From contig NMRA01000603.1 in assembly GCA_002633005.1 (NCBI GenBank), forward strand, positions 189,089-253,088: a DNA stretch of 64,000 nt. Direction: 5' to 3'. The notes below the pieces were generated by a model that searched no databases, had not been told where the DNA came from, and worked only from the letters and a program-made list of their open reading frames with translations. Shown here one piece after another: positions 39,250 to 53,100 of this stretch (positions are counted from its first letter, which is position 1; each line of letters opens with the position of its first letter). The position numbers were made by a program, and so were the translations under genes. Origin of the DNA: Phoronis australis (taxonomy: Eukaryota; Animalia; Phoronida).

Positions 39250-42200
39250 TTATTTCGGTGTTTTAAGCACCCCTGGGCCGTATCCGTTTTCAATCATTTT
39301 GGTGAACGCCGGTCCGAATTCCTTGATCCATTTTTCGTTGCTGGCAGCGAACTCCCTTACAATACTAGCCGTGCTCGAATCCGGGCATGAATTGGCTGAA
39401 CGACATGTGGACTTGCCGTCTTTGTCCACCTGTAATTGTTAATGATCACATTACCTCATTACGTTGAAAATTGAGGGACATGTGGGTGCTGTTGTCTTTT
39501 AAAGCTCCCGTATTGAATGACGGATCCAAATATTCTTGCAGTGTACATGTTCAGTGTTGGAGCACAACTGCCACAGGCTGCAGTTTTAACAGACTTTCGA
39601 GGAACAAACTGTCGTAATTTCAAGTTGCGACCACTTGTGTGCTGTGGAGTTGCATATTAAGTGTCGCAACTATCAAATTGCAACAACTTGGACAGTTCTC
39701 TGACGTACAAATGTAAGGTAGCGACGTCAAGAACGACGATGTTGCAGGAGTAAATTAAGTATGCATGCTTACGAGAGGCAGTTTCGCGGAAGGTCGACGA
39801 CATGACAGTCGCTTACATCAAATGTTCAGTCCTGTGTTAATGTCCATATACTTTTAGCCCACTCCATGTCTTTATATCGAATTCATAAGCGGCAAAGCTG
39901 CCAACCTCGTCATATTGTATACGCTGACACTCTTTGTGGATTGTAAACTGTGCTTCAGGGAACTATTTTGAAGTCTCAACATCATCTCTGCGGACAAAAG
40001 TGTCAGCTTAGGCCTACTTACAGAAAAATTTTTCAGCAAGCACATGTCTGAGTTGAGCATAGTAAAACCTGGCGGCATTCTGTTCACGTCTGTTCCCCGC
40101 ACGTACTCATAGCTGCAAAATTTACATACAGTAGTGAACGATAAACTAAATTATGTTGTGAGTTGTGAACTTAAGTGTTTGGGATCGAAAAGCCGTGTCA
40201 TCAGCGACCGGTAGGCTGCGCTGCGAGCGATTTATCAACAGAACTTGAACATGTGATGAGTTCCAACAACTATTGTAAGCGCAAGCACAAGGCAGGCCAG
40301 AAGTTGTAAGCTGCGCTGTTGTCCTCAGGTGAAGTACACGTAAAGCAAAATGCAAGGATTACAAAGAGAAGCCCTCAGGGTTAGGCCAAACGAAGAGCTG
40401 TGCGCCTCGAGTGCAAATTCAGTACTAAAAAGCTCACATTCTACCTGTTGCTCGCGTTCAGTTTGCGAAAAAAATTAACCGTGGGGATTTTTCCTCGCGA
40501 GACTGCGAGGCATTTGCTCATTTCTTGTCTTTCTTTTATATAAAGCTTGCGCAAATCTTCACTGCACGCGGGCGAGGTGGACTATAAGTGGTTAATCGAT
40601 TCCTTTCGGCAGCCAATGGAAAGTATTTATAAATTGCATCATCTCACAACAACAAATCCCCCTCGTTGGCTCATTGTAAATATGTGCACTGTTCTGTTTA
40701 CTACACTGTGGAAGTAACAGGTCAGCATTTTGCTCGCTGTTTGAGCCTGGTTGCTCTTGTGAGCCCATGATTGGAGCTACACTTAAAAACGAAAGCTCGT
40801 CCTAATCGATTCACAAATTAATACTCGTGTCTTAGCCACGGTGCTGCAGAAAACCTAATAGTATTCGGTAATTTTTCATCGATTTTAAAAATTTAAAGAC
40901 GGTTACTATTTACTTTTCAGTTTTAACAACAGTGAAGTGATGGTTTTCTTTACTTTGAAATTCGTACGAGATAAGCTGACGTTTTGGTTTACGACCGCAA
41001 TTATTTTCCCCAGCACGTTCAGCTCAACCCGTGAACAGCTTCAATCCGTGGCTGCACCATCCAGTCTTTGATATGTGCCGAGGACTTAGCTAGATACTCT
41101 GGGGGTGACCAGTGCATGCTTTCTTGTCTACTTGCTTGCAAATCCTGTTGGCGTAAAATTTGCCGAATGAGGACTATCTGGAGACTTCGTTCCCTCCAAC
41201 AGATGACACTGAAGAGTCTTTCGGTAGACTATACAGCCAGTCCAGACATAAGCCCCAGCCTTGTGCCTGGTCTACCGTTGTGAGAGCTGCAGGCACAGTC
41301 TTGCACACATTGTTACAAACGTTGCGATTGACCAGAAAGGTCAATATAATTAATGTGAATACTGTAAAACAGCCTGCACAGGTGGATTGAGAGATAAGTT
41401 CTCATAGTTGAGTTTTATGCCACTTTCCTTGACGCCATGGTTACAAAATCATCGCGATGTTGCCGAAGGCCATATTGCGCTGGCAACTTACTATGTTAAC
41501 GAGGCTATAAGCAAGGGCGTGGACTGAAGCAACGAGAGCTAGATCTCATTTCTGACGAAATTAAGGAACGAAATGAGGCCGATTGTGTAACAACAAATGA
41601 CTCAACGGCAAAAATTTTTGGAAGGAATGGGCCTACTAGTGTTCATTTTGTAGGCAAGTCATTGAAGAAGCATTACACTGCAGTGGACTTTTTAAAGTAA
41701 CGCATGCGCAGCTGCAAGCTCGTGTTCTTTGTAGCTGAATAAAGAGATGCTCTGAATGATACTGAATTGAGCTCAAGTCTGTACAGAGTACCTCGACAAT
41801 GCCTCCCCCAATAATATATGGGAATCATCTCTAAATAATAAACAATTATCACTACATGCAATAAGAGACAAGTTCATACCGGTTCATAAATCTGTGCCGC
41901 GGGCCTCTAAGCTTGACCTGAGTCCAGTTAAACTTAGAGTTGACCATATCTCTGTAAAATTCATTATCCAGCCAATTCGGGTGTGCATCCCACTTTCCGA
42001 TCCAGCCCAAGTTATTTGCTTTCGCCTGTAGAGAGAATCAACACCATTTGCCTACTCTTTCTCTGGCTGCTATCATTAAAGTTTGTCGACGTGAGCAACT
42101 TTCACAAAGATACTGTATGCATGTATTATCTCTAATGTCTTTTCTCTGCAACACAGATAATTAACTGGAAGCTTGTTTTCACTGTGCTCTGCAGTGTCCG

Positions 42201-45200
42201 TTTATCCGTACAGACCTGCGTTGTTAAACTCGGTGGATGAAAATGTTGGTGATCGAGGGGACGGTAGGGTAGTGTGTCTGAAAATTGGGAGTTAGGAAAT
42301 TGTGTCATGCCCAGATTTAGTAAAATTTAGGCACCAGAAACCTTAATTCTGCATCTGTGACTTGCGGTCGTGTTACTCAAACACTGACCATATGATACTT
42401 TCGGGACTTTTCACATTATAGATGCAGTTGACGACACAGAATAGTTTACAACTGAAGAGTTTTTGATCATCGATGCCCAAGCGCGGTAAACCATTCAAAG
42501 TTCCAACTGCAGTCGGATCAACAGAGCACATATATATTCACATTACACATGCAGAATAGTGTGGAAAACACTCAAGAACCATTTATGGTAAGTTAACGTA
42601 TTCTGTAGTTTGTCACCACTAACATCAGTATCATCCTCATCATCATCATCATCATCATCATCATCACCAATGTCGTCACCTTCACCATCTCCGTCACCAT
42701 CATCATCATTAACCTGTTACTGATTGTTATGTTTATCGTTCTCTTCATCATAGTCGGCGTCGACGTCGCCTACCTCCTCCTCGTTTGCCGTCCCCATCGC
42801 TTTTCAGCATGCACAAAGTATTGCTCACAGACTGCCAACTAATCACGTATGGCTATGCAATTGTCAAAACATAACTAACTTACAAAGCTTTTTACTGTAC
42901 TTACAAATCCCAATGTGTGGGCGCCAATCAAACAGACCATTTCCCTATCATTCAAATTCGGGAAGCCTTTTTTGAAGATCGCTTTCATACTGGCCAAATT
43001 GTGGTGACCTTCGGGGATCGACTTCATCGCGGACGTCTTTGGAGAAGTGAGACAGTCTTTACGGCCGTATCTGAAAGACGACATGACACGAAAAACGTAT
43101 CTCCACACATACACTCCCGGAAACTGCTCGTTACGCATCGATGGCACTGCCGTACATAGGCGACCTAATCACACATTTCGAGGAAAATCACAATATTTAA
43201 AAACAACGAGCTGTTCCCTGAAGGCGATGGGCCATCTGAACTCCCCGCCGCTTGAGAATCTACATGTATGCCAACGCTTATGCCTCAAGGGTTGTTATTA
43301 GTCTATTCGCCACCAAAGATACACAGACTGACTAACAAACGCGAACGTTTGTGAAATAGGTGGCCTGTTTGCTCGTGCGACTTCAGGTCCAGCCAACACA
43401 GATGAGATTACTCGATAGGGAACACATAGACGTTTCAACAGATGCACTTTATAATGATAAAAATAATAGATCAGTTGATGTATTTCATTAGACAAGCTCA
43501 TTCAATTTTGCCATCTCTGAATGAAGCTCGTACCACGACAAAAGTAATAGTTTGTTCTCATGTGAATAATTTGTTGTCATTTGAGCTTTGACCGTTTGAG
43601 CTTTAAAAGGATTCAAGCAATAAATGGTGTTGTTTTTTAAACACTTCTGTTGTATAATAAGAAAATTGACCTTTTCACAAATATGCACCTACGTAAATGT
43701 AAACATAAGTTAATTAAACCCGATTGAATGTGAGAGTGAATGAGTGTATGACAGTCCTTCCCCTTCCAGACCCCCCCCCCCCCTTTTTATATTATTCTCT
43801 GCTAATTATTCGCCCAATCCTTTGGAGTATTTTCCAAATACTTATTTGTTCAATCAATATGATGTACAGTGTATCATACTCTAGCAAGTTGTAAAGATAT
43901 GTAAATGTAGTTGGGGCTACCCAACCCCAGCCGTATCTACTATTCATTAATGATATGCTTTCTGGGTAAATAAACGTATTTAAAAAAGCTTTGACCGATG
44001 CCTTGCTTCGCCAACTATACGACGTGAAGCACTGAAGAAACGGAAAATTGTATGACAAGTTAAGAACTTGAAAAAATCCGATTTCGCCTTTAAATCTACT
44101 CTTTTCGCCTCACTTTACAATGTGTTTAAAATGTCACGAAATGGATTTTAACGCAAGCTGGTTCCGTCGAAGCCTAAGTATCGCTCATTCAGCACAACTA
44201 CAACTTTTCTCACTTTTGACTGAGTTTAGCATGGATTTTGTACTTTAATCTTTATTTTGGTGATGCACCACCTCCTGATATGGCCGCCGTAGTGAGTGGC
44301 ACTGACTGACTTGTGCATTACGGACACACGTCGCCACGTGTAATGAGGTTCACCCCGCCCACTTAAAAATCAGCTGTAAAATTAAGCAAACACAAAAAGG
44401 ACTGACAGTTGCGAAATATTGATATTTTAGTGATATCTTTCGACTCACGAAGCTCTTCCTGTGTCTTAAATTGGTGAATGTAAAGTAAAAAGTACTTTTA
44501 ACGAAGAAACTGATGGCTGCATTAAGAAGCGAGACCAAATGCTCATGAACCTTTTCAGTCTTGTCTATCATGTACACCTATTGATTCGTAATTGACGAAT
44601 TTATGGATTATAAATGCGTTTCCGTCAATACACAGTTAACCTACAGTGTACCTGAATTTGATGTCAGGAATCGGCCTCCCCATGCGCGGACGGCAGTTGA
44701 TCTTCCCTGGTCGACAGTGAACACCGAGCGCTCCATAAAGGACCGCCTCGGCGCCCGCCAAGGCCCACAAGTCAGCACGACTCAGCACACTGGCCAATTT
44801 ATGCGCCGTATAGATTTCTTCTAGTTTATTTATAAATGGATCCAGACCTAAAATCGACACACGTTTCTTGTTTCTCAAAATTGTTTTCATTCCTTTAATG
44901 GGAAAGTTGAAATTTACTTTATTTTTTCATGGAATTTTAAATCTGTATCGAAAATTCATATAAAAACGAAATGAAAAAGAAACAACATGAGGACAACGAT
45001 AACGCTGCAAGTAAGACAACGACAACCGGCTACCAGAAAGTTCGAGTTATTTGGACCACGGGCCAACAGTTCTGGACATTGTGCACTGCGTCACACTAGG
45101 GGTTGGTGAATTATTGTTTCATTTAGTCCATATGAATATTATATAGACTGAAACGCTTCAAAATACCCGTGTTATGTATATAGCAAGTGAAACATGTCGG

Positions 45201-47172
45201 CAGAAACATCTCCACAGTTGAAGTTGCGTTATTGCTAGATCGTGAAAGAGGGTATGCGGTAATGATGTTGCTGGGATTGTAATGGTAATAGGCGGACGTG
45301 GTTACGGCTGGCGTCGGTTGTATGCCACGATGGTTGTAGGGGATGGTAAGTTTGAGCGGTGGTGTTTATGTGGGGACAGCTAGTCTGGAATTGTTGTAAA
45401 CAGGGTTTTGACTACAGGTGGCGATGGTGGTGGCAGTGCTGATTTAAGGTGGTTGTGGTGACGATTGACGGGAGGTAGTCGCAAATAGACCACTTGCATG
45501 GTCCCTAACGTAGCAGTAAATTGGAACAATCACAATCTTTTTGCACAAGATCTCTAGCTCTACATGTGGAAATCCAGTAGGAGGTGTATCCCACATTCTA
45601 ACCTTACAGATTAATCACTTCAGCCTGGCCACTACATAGATTTGTCATTTACACTGCTAATGTACTGGTGAGGTCCAAACACTACGGCCACTACTACATG
45701 TATGCCAAAGCTAAGCGATACTTACTCAAGCTGTGTTTCCAGGCACGAAAAGGTTTTACGAACGTTGCAAGCAAGGTCATAAAATGCAACAAACAATCCT
45801 GCCTATCAAATTATAAAACTGCTTTTTTATGAATTAATGTTCCTTTAAACATAAGAAACGTAAAAAGTTACGAAATCGGTGTTCAAATCATGAAAATTGG
45901 TTCTTTATACTTATAACTGGGTTCAAGCACGTTAAAATTGAATTGACTTCAATTGTTTACTGATAAAGCAGTACGCGGTCTCTTGCGGGATCTTCACCTG
46001 ATTATGTGCACAATATATATGGAAAAGAGCTTGACCTGGACTCGCTCAATGATACGTCAATCACAGTAAAGGATAAATTCATGTCATGATTTAGATCTCA
46101 CAAAACACCTTCCTATCATTCGCATGATTCTGCAAGGTCTTTTATCATCTCGCTTTTTGGCAAGAATCTCGCGTCTGCGGAACGCTGCACAGGTTAACAC
46201 AATATGACCTCAAGGGTAGTGGGACAAAATGTACCTTGCTTCACATATTGCTAAAGATCTGTTGTGGTTGTGAGTGGGGGTGTTAATAACAGGGACGGTG
46301 ATGAGGTACTGATGTGCTGTAGTGAGTGGAACTTGTAATAGAAGGGTTGTGAGTGGTGTTGTTGCATGAAAGTGGATACGATTACGAATAACTGAAGGAT
46401 CGTGATGTGTAACAATGTAATTTCGATATAATTACAGTGGACGTTGTGTCGCAATGTGTGCAACATTGTAACATATCACGATCCAACATCGCATTGTGTC
46501 ACAATGAGATTTTGCGAGATAACGCTTGAGGTGCCCAACTCGTACCTATTATACGATTACATGGTTTTGTAAATGCATTCACCTTTGTTTTCAGGGTTTT
46601 TCAGATTTATGCAGCCGTCGCATTTACCGCCAACACAGTCGTGAAAAGAGAGGCGAACGAAGCCGGGCAAGTTAGAGTTTGTTCCTGGACCTCGCGCTCC
46701 AATATTTTCCTGGATTGCCTAAAAGATGGCGCACAAACATTGTTGATTATAGGGAGCGATGGCGAAAAACTTTACAGAGAAGGCAGCTAGACTAATAGTT
46801 GAAATTTGATTTGGTGACAATTCTGCAACGGACATATCAGTACGAAACATTTACACAAATCTCGGTGCTTTTTAATTGAAAATAAATATAACAATTTCCT
46901 GGACTATTTTACTTTTATGGTGTGCTGTTCCCCTAAAATTTCGGCAGCACACACGTGATCGACAATTCTCTCACTTTTAGATTTCATGCACTTTAAAACA
47001 AGTATTTACAACTCACTTCACATAACGCGTTTTTTCATAGTTATCTGGTTATTCACAGACATACCTTCCGAATGTATCCTCGAATATTCTCTTCTTGTTT
47101 GACTGTTAGACACAAAACTACCTCCAGTAAAGAGAGGTAGACTATTGTCGTTTTGAGAGCTGTAAACAGCAT
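39250..47172 (-). CDS. Predicted secreted heme peroxidase of the non-animal peroxidase-catalase superfamily (ascorbate/cytochrome c/plant peroxidase-like), 7 exons, 340 aa
   Basis: Exons 47172-47065, 46718-46583, 44847-44652, 43070-42905, 42025-41880, 40112-40022 and 39429-39250 (1,023 nt, all GT-AG, phases consistent) encode a signal-like [21 protein letters not shown]. Motifs: distal [40 protein letters not shown], proximal [28 protein letters not shown] and [26 protein letters not shown]. Confidence 0.92.
42622..42710. repeat. (CAT)n microsatellite with degenerate flank, in peroxidase intron
   Basis: catcatcatcatcatcatcatcatc core with degenerate trinucleotide extensions. Confidence 0.9.
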
Positions 47173-50100
47173 TGTCGTGAAAGACTGGTCTCAAGAAGAC
47201 CAACGTTGAAGTTACGATGACGGACAGTGGCTATAACTTCCGCTGATTGCGCGAGTTGTGGTACCGGGTTTTCCAAAAGAAATGTTGTTCGTTCGCCGTA
47301 ATTTTAATTCGACTTTTTGACAGACACGGAGCGAGGGGGATTTTTGTAGCGCTTTCCTTGAAGTTAAGATACTGAACAGCCGGAATACTTAAGGAATTTC
47401 TGCGAGCAGTGACTTGAGACACTAGGCGAGGTTATACAACAAGACGGGGATTTTTTAACAAACTCGCAATTAACTAGTCCCACTTCGTCATGTCAAACCG
47501 TTAGCGTTCTACATTTTTATAATCACGCATGCAGTATGCAGGTAGTTCGGTAACAGTTCCCCTTTTCATTAAACACGTGAGCTACAGTGGCTCTAGTAGA
47601 ACTGGTCCATTAAAGACCACCTTCATATGAAATGATAACAAAATCTGCTGTGCTGAACTTGAGGTTACAGATACGTGTAGCACCAGCATTCGGTGTTTTG
47701 AACGAGGTGGACACAGATTGAATCTTAATTAATCAAGTATTTACCAAGACACAGCTCCCAGAATTTTACTTTTATACAAGAATCTTTATTTCCCCATATA
47801 AGTCTGTCGTGTTCATTGGTCTTTGACCGTGTTATCTCCTACCGTGTGAAGTTCAATCTAATGTTGAAAAGTTGGGGATTTTAGTTTTATATTTGCACCT
47901 TTAAAGGTCCATGATGCCCGAAGTACGTGTGGTGGTCACATGAATATATGCACATTCTAGTATGTTTCTACATGTATGACGACAACGCCAATGAAAATAT
48001 ATCTTCTAATCCGTGAAATAGAATAGTATAGGTCCTAAAGAAATGCTGTGGATTGAGCAGACAATTAAAACTTGATTGCAAACTCTGAATTAAGACCATT
48101 TGGTAGACCGATAGACCAGTGTAGTCAAGAAAACCACTTTAAGTGTTTAGGCTCTAACAGGGTTTTGCGTTCTCACTGTATGTGAATATGACAGGTCTTC
48201 TGTGCAGTATTTATCAAACACTATCGCTAGATTTGAAGCTTATCGTGCAAATTTGGTGACCTATTCACATACACGCGTTTCTTTGTTGGGTGTTTACATG
48301 TGCGCGTAGTTTGCGAAAGTATTCAGAGGGGCAAAGGGACCGTCAGTGTTTTGCTTATTGATAAATCACTGCTGTTTATAAAAAGTCAAAATATTGGATA
48401 ATTCCTGCAACTGCATGCATTTTACTTGTCAAGTCTTGGCGTCCTCAAGCTCTCAACCGATGAAACCACATACATTCACATTCTAGATGCAAGAAACATT
48501 TTCTGGGCAAGGAAGAAAAAGCGATAGTTAAATGGCCGTTTTTTCGTTGAAATCTGGGATTGTTTTAGGATCACACGCTTGTAGAATAAGGGACAGAATC
48601 AAGTTTTCTTGGGTTTTCCGTCACACGTTTTGCTTGAGGACTTTTTTGTCGAAATAGGAAGACCTCCAAAATTTCACGAACGGCTTTTTTTCGATTTTGA
48701 CATAAGAAGCCGTAGGTTACGTAAGAGCAGTCGCGTAGCTTCACAAAGAACATGGTTCACTTGCAAAAGGTTCCATTCCGCAAGTACAAATACTTGTACG
48801 TGTGTGTGTATTCCTGCCATCTCTTTCCTGACGTCCGAGCGTCCAACTTCCGCCCGCCCGCTTGCACTGTCTTAATGAGATTTGACAGATGTGTTGCTAT
48901 GGAGCTGACGACGAGTTTTGGACCGGTCAGACCACTACTGTGATCCCTAGTGGCAATTTTGTTTTTACGTTTGTCTATGTATTTTCATGTAATTTGGCAG
49001 ATAGGTTTTTATTACGGACACCTTGATGTCATTTACTTTTTTTGACGAATACGACGTATTTTGCACCACCTTTTGACCCTTTTTGTTATTTTCAAGTCAG
49101 TTTTCAGGCTTCCACCTCTTAGTAATCCGGATTGATCAAAGGATCCCTGTGAAAATTGGCAGATGTGTTCCTGGTGAGAAGGCTGTGACTGACGCTGTTT
49201 TCCATGCAGATCTCAGTACTGTGTGACACCCTGGTGGCGATTTTGTTTATTTTGCGAGCGCAATTGTATCTTCTTATAACTTTGAAGGAACTTTGTGAAA
49301 TTTGACACAGGCGTAACACAATGGATGGTTTTGGCATGTTAATCAAGCCATTGCAAGTACTTACAACCAAAGATAACGATAGTTCGCGTTCTTTACCTCA
49401 CTAATATTGGTTGTTAATAAAAGCGCACTTATAGATTATACCAAACCAATGATGGACTGGCCTTAGAGTCCTATAGTTATACGATGTTCTTGGAGCACGT
49501 GCAATACTGATCAAGGACGTACGAAGAACGAACAAGGAAAATGATGATAAAGTGCCAAAAATCACACATACCATATCAAAAACATCAAAAACTACCCCAC
49601 CAGCCGATCATCTGCGAACTTAGAACACCCGAAAACATTATCTAACGATGCGTTAATTAGCTGAACTCGAGTTGCGAGCATTTATTGGTCGATACATGTA
49701 CATTCTACGTAAAATAGGGACAACCAAAAGCCCTAGTCATCTTTCATTGTGGTTAGTTTGGAAATTCCTTAGTTGTTACTAGTTATGCCGTGGTTTATGG
49801 TATAATAAAGAATGATGAGACGTTGACTTAGTGGTGACTGTGAAATTTGGTACGACCATTTGGACGCCACTACATGTACGTTTCGATAGCCAGCTGTATG
49901 AAACAGAAATGTTTTCAAAACCGATTCCTAATAGAGTTTGAAACAGCAGTGCACAAGGCACAGTATGAGGAAGTTTCGTGTGAATCTGACGAGCCATTTC
50001 TGAAATATACGGTTCCAAATTTCGCAAAATGTAGAAAATTTCATTGGGTCTTGCATAACCTTAATTGGAACTTCCATCGACTTTATCATCAAACATCGAG

Positions 50101-50177
50101 CCGTATCATAATCTTTGAATACAAAATGTTTCAAACCATTATGTTTTTATTAGGTTGATCATTGTTTTTGTCGATTT

Positions 50178-53100
50178 TCACAACATTGTACAAGTTCGTG
50201 TGCGTCTGATGTTTTCCTGCTTGTTTGTGCACAAGGCGTCTCCGTCTGTAAAGGCTTGCCGTGGACCCGGATCCTCTGCCACTGGTTGCATGGTCAAGTG
50301 AGATTATTTTCAGTAATCAATTCGAGGAACTTTGAAGCCAAGCATTGAAAGATGAAAAAATCCGCAACAGTTATCAAACAAGTATATTTTTACAGGTAAA
50401 CGTTACGCAATAAAGCTTGCCAGGGGTCCGTTTCCTAAAGGTTGCTTATGATTCATGCAAGGCAGAAATTTGGTCTCATGTACCACCGTTCAAAATCTGT
50501 GTGAACACAACTTTTGTAGATTATTTCCAGTATGTGAAGCGCTATTGGACACCTCTCCGCCGATGGTGAAATTTCGACATGTAATTGGAACCCACCTTCG
50601 TTGGCGATTTACAATTGCATCAACCAGGTACAGTTCAATAACACTAGGACCTCGCTAAAAGAGGAATCCTTTGCGAGATTACGCGAGAAGTTGCAGCAAG
50701 AGAAACCTAACTATTCTTCTTGACGTAACAAATCAAACCAACCTGTTTAGCAACATTTCGGATCCCGAGAGCCACTTGTGTCATGTCCTTGCCTTCGTAG
50801 AGATCCGCCATCAGAAACGACGCCTCCCGCTCAACGCCCATCTGCCTAGCTTTGTCCATAAATATCTGGATGTTTTCCACGATCTGGAACGGCCTGCAGG
50901 CTTTCCGCCTGAAGGTTATCCTATGACCAGCTGCTTCCAAGCATCTATAGTGTGGAAAATGTCAAAGAGAGTGGCAGTTCAAAGTTAAAATCTTCTATGT
51001 CTGCGATGACCAAATCAAAATTAGCGTGTAAAAACGTAACTCATGTGTAGGGCATGGTATTTACAAATCTCACAAAGCCCTGTAGAATTCACAACAAAGA
51101 TGTCTGCTGACTACTGGAGTTGGCCAGCAGTATTAGCTGACTGCATTCATTTTGTTCTGTGACGACATTATCTGATAATCGCTTTTTTGCGCATGTATTT
51201 CGAACGGACAAAAATCGACACCTTTTGTCGAAAACCAAGTTTTCATTAAGGTCATTTACTGTCTGTCTCATCTTTTTTTCTCACGAAGATTAGACATCAT
51301 TGTAACATAGGCTAATGTGAAAAACTAAAATATTGTTAATGCTTGAGAGCAAGCCTGTTTCATTTCTTGTCATTGCGTTGTTTCAGTCGCCAAGGCATGA
51401 AATTCCAGGCAAATTTGCAGCTAATTTCTTCCACTTCAAACAAAGGAAAAAAACGCAATGACGCTATTTTGACAGAGCAAATACTTTTGGGAAGAAAACT
51501 GTGCCTGGATGCATGAAACAGTCCCAATAGGGACTTATTTATGGTCCCTTAATTTTCAACACATTTATGGACTTTGCTCACTTATGCTATATTTTCTGTT
51601 GTTTTATCTGTATTGTGATTACAGTATTTTTATAAAACTTGCAGGCTGTTTGGTGCACGTTGTACCACACATGCGCAGGCCACTTAGGTGGGGCCACTCC
51701 TTTGATCACCCAGAACCATTTTTAGTCTATTATTATATTATAGAGTTAAAGGCGACCGAATAGGCTAGATACCTGACTCAAGGATATAGATCTGTGCCCC
51801 AGAGGGACTCGAACCCACGACCTTGAGTAACGGAAGCAGCCATACTACCTCCTCCCCTCCACGTTAACTCGTGACATATTCTAATAATACACGTGTATAT
51901 GAAAACTGAGTCGTTACAGGTACCTCAACGATCGAACAACCGAAAATTTCCGTGCGGAAATCATGGGAGGAATTTTTTTGAGTCCCCTTAACAATCATCT
52001 CATTTGCTTCCCGCCTTAGACTGCCGTAGTGAGAGCAACACCCGTCCTAAGAAGCATACGTTCTTTCACGCTTGTTAAACCGGACTAAGGGTACGGTACT
52101 GTAATACCACCACTAGATGGCGGGCCAGGCTGTTATCAGATATTACAGTAGAATAAAATAGTATTTGATCTATAATAACTCTGTTGTGACTGTGGTCTAA
52201 CTTCTGAAATGGAAATCGGTATCGAAATCGTTTTGAAATTCCCCGTTCTAATTTAGTACGAAGTCGTGATGTCTGTTACAATGTGGTAAACCGCATCACG
52301 GTTTACGTGGGGCCTATGAAGGTGTAAACATATTCAGCAAGCGATGATCCCAACATTAAAGATACAAGTTTGATTCTAAACCAAAGTCTCGAGTTTGTAC
52401 TAAATGGTCTAAAAATTTAGGGAATGTGACTGAAGGCAGATTCTTAACCGCTGAACAAGGAATGTATAGGTGTGCTGCTGAACGAATTTTATTACCACGA
52501 GTAGTGTGGTAATTGATTGACATACTGGGTTTCCCGATAAGACCAGTTCCAAGAAATCATTGTTTCGTGCATCCCAGGGGTGATTTTTGGTCACCGCGCG
52601 GTGATAGTTCAAAGTTTTTACAAGGTGAGCGTTATCTACATACCTGCACATAATGATACCGTTCTTCAAAGTTTGATACATGTACAGCTCGGTGATATTG
52701 TTCTCGTCGACCTAGGAAGAGACTGAAAATAACACCAATACTGGTACATAACACAGGACAGTTATTGAACTAACACCTCTATATCTGGCAGCTGGATGGA
52801 GACGTGCACACAATCAAGGGAGAAATCTTAAGATCCGAAAAAATATATGAAGTTCTGGAAAATCTGTGTTAATAGCCGGTCCGTTCTGCTAGGAAGCTCT
52901 GTCAAGAGAACACCTTTTTCTGTTAGCTGATGGGTCGAGGTTTAATTAACAGCCGCAATTCTTTCGTCGTAAAATTACAGTACATGTTAGTCACCCAACT
53001 GCCACTAAAAAGATCAAATGACGTTTGACTCTATGCATGTTCTAAACCAGCACAATACTGACAAACCACACTGCTTTCGTATTCACACGTTATATCCTTT

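Noticed and set aside
41050-41390. Cys-rich ORFs inside peroxidase intron 5
   Set aside because: No consistent frame or domain and not needed for the peroxidase model. Probably a repeat fragment.
42620-42800. Acidic D/E/G-rich reading frame on the minus strand, as a possible extra peroxidase exon
   Set aside because: Interrupted by a stop, derived from the (CAT)n microsatellite, and it would split the GAHTLG region from the next exon.
48571-50158. Several 60-103 aa ORFs between the peroxidase and CH genes
   Set aside because: No domain motifs or convincing splice pattern. The sequence resembles non-coding transposon remnants.
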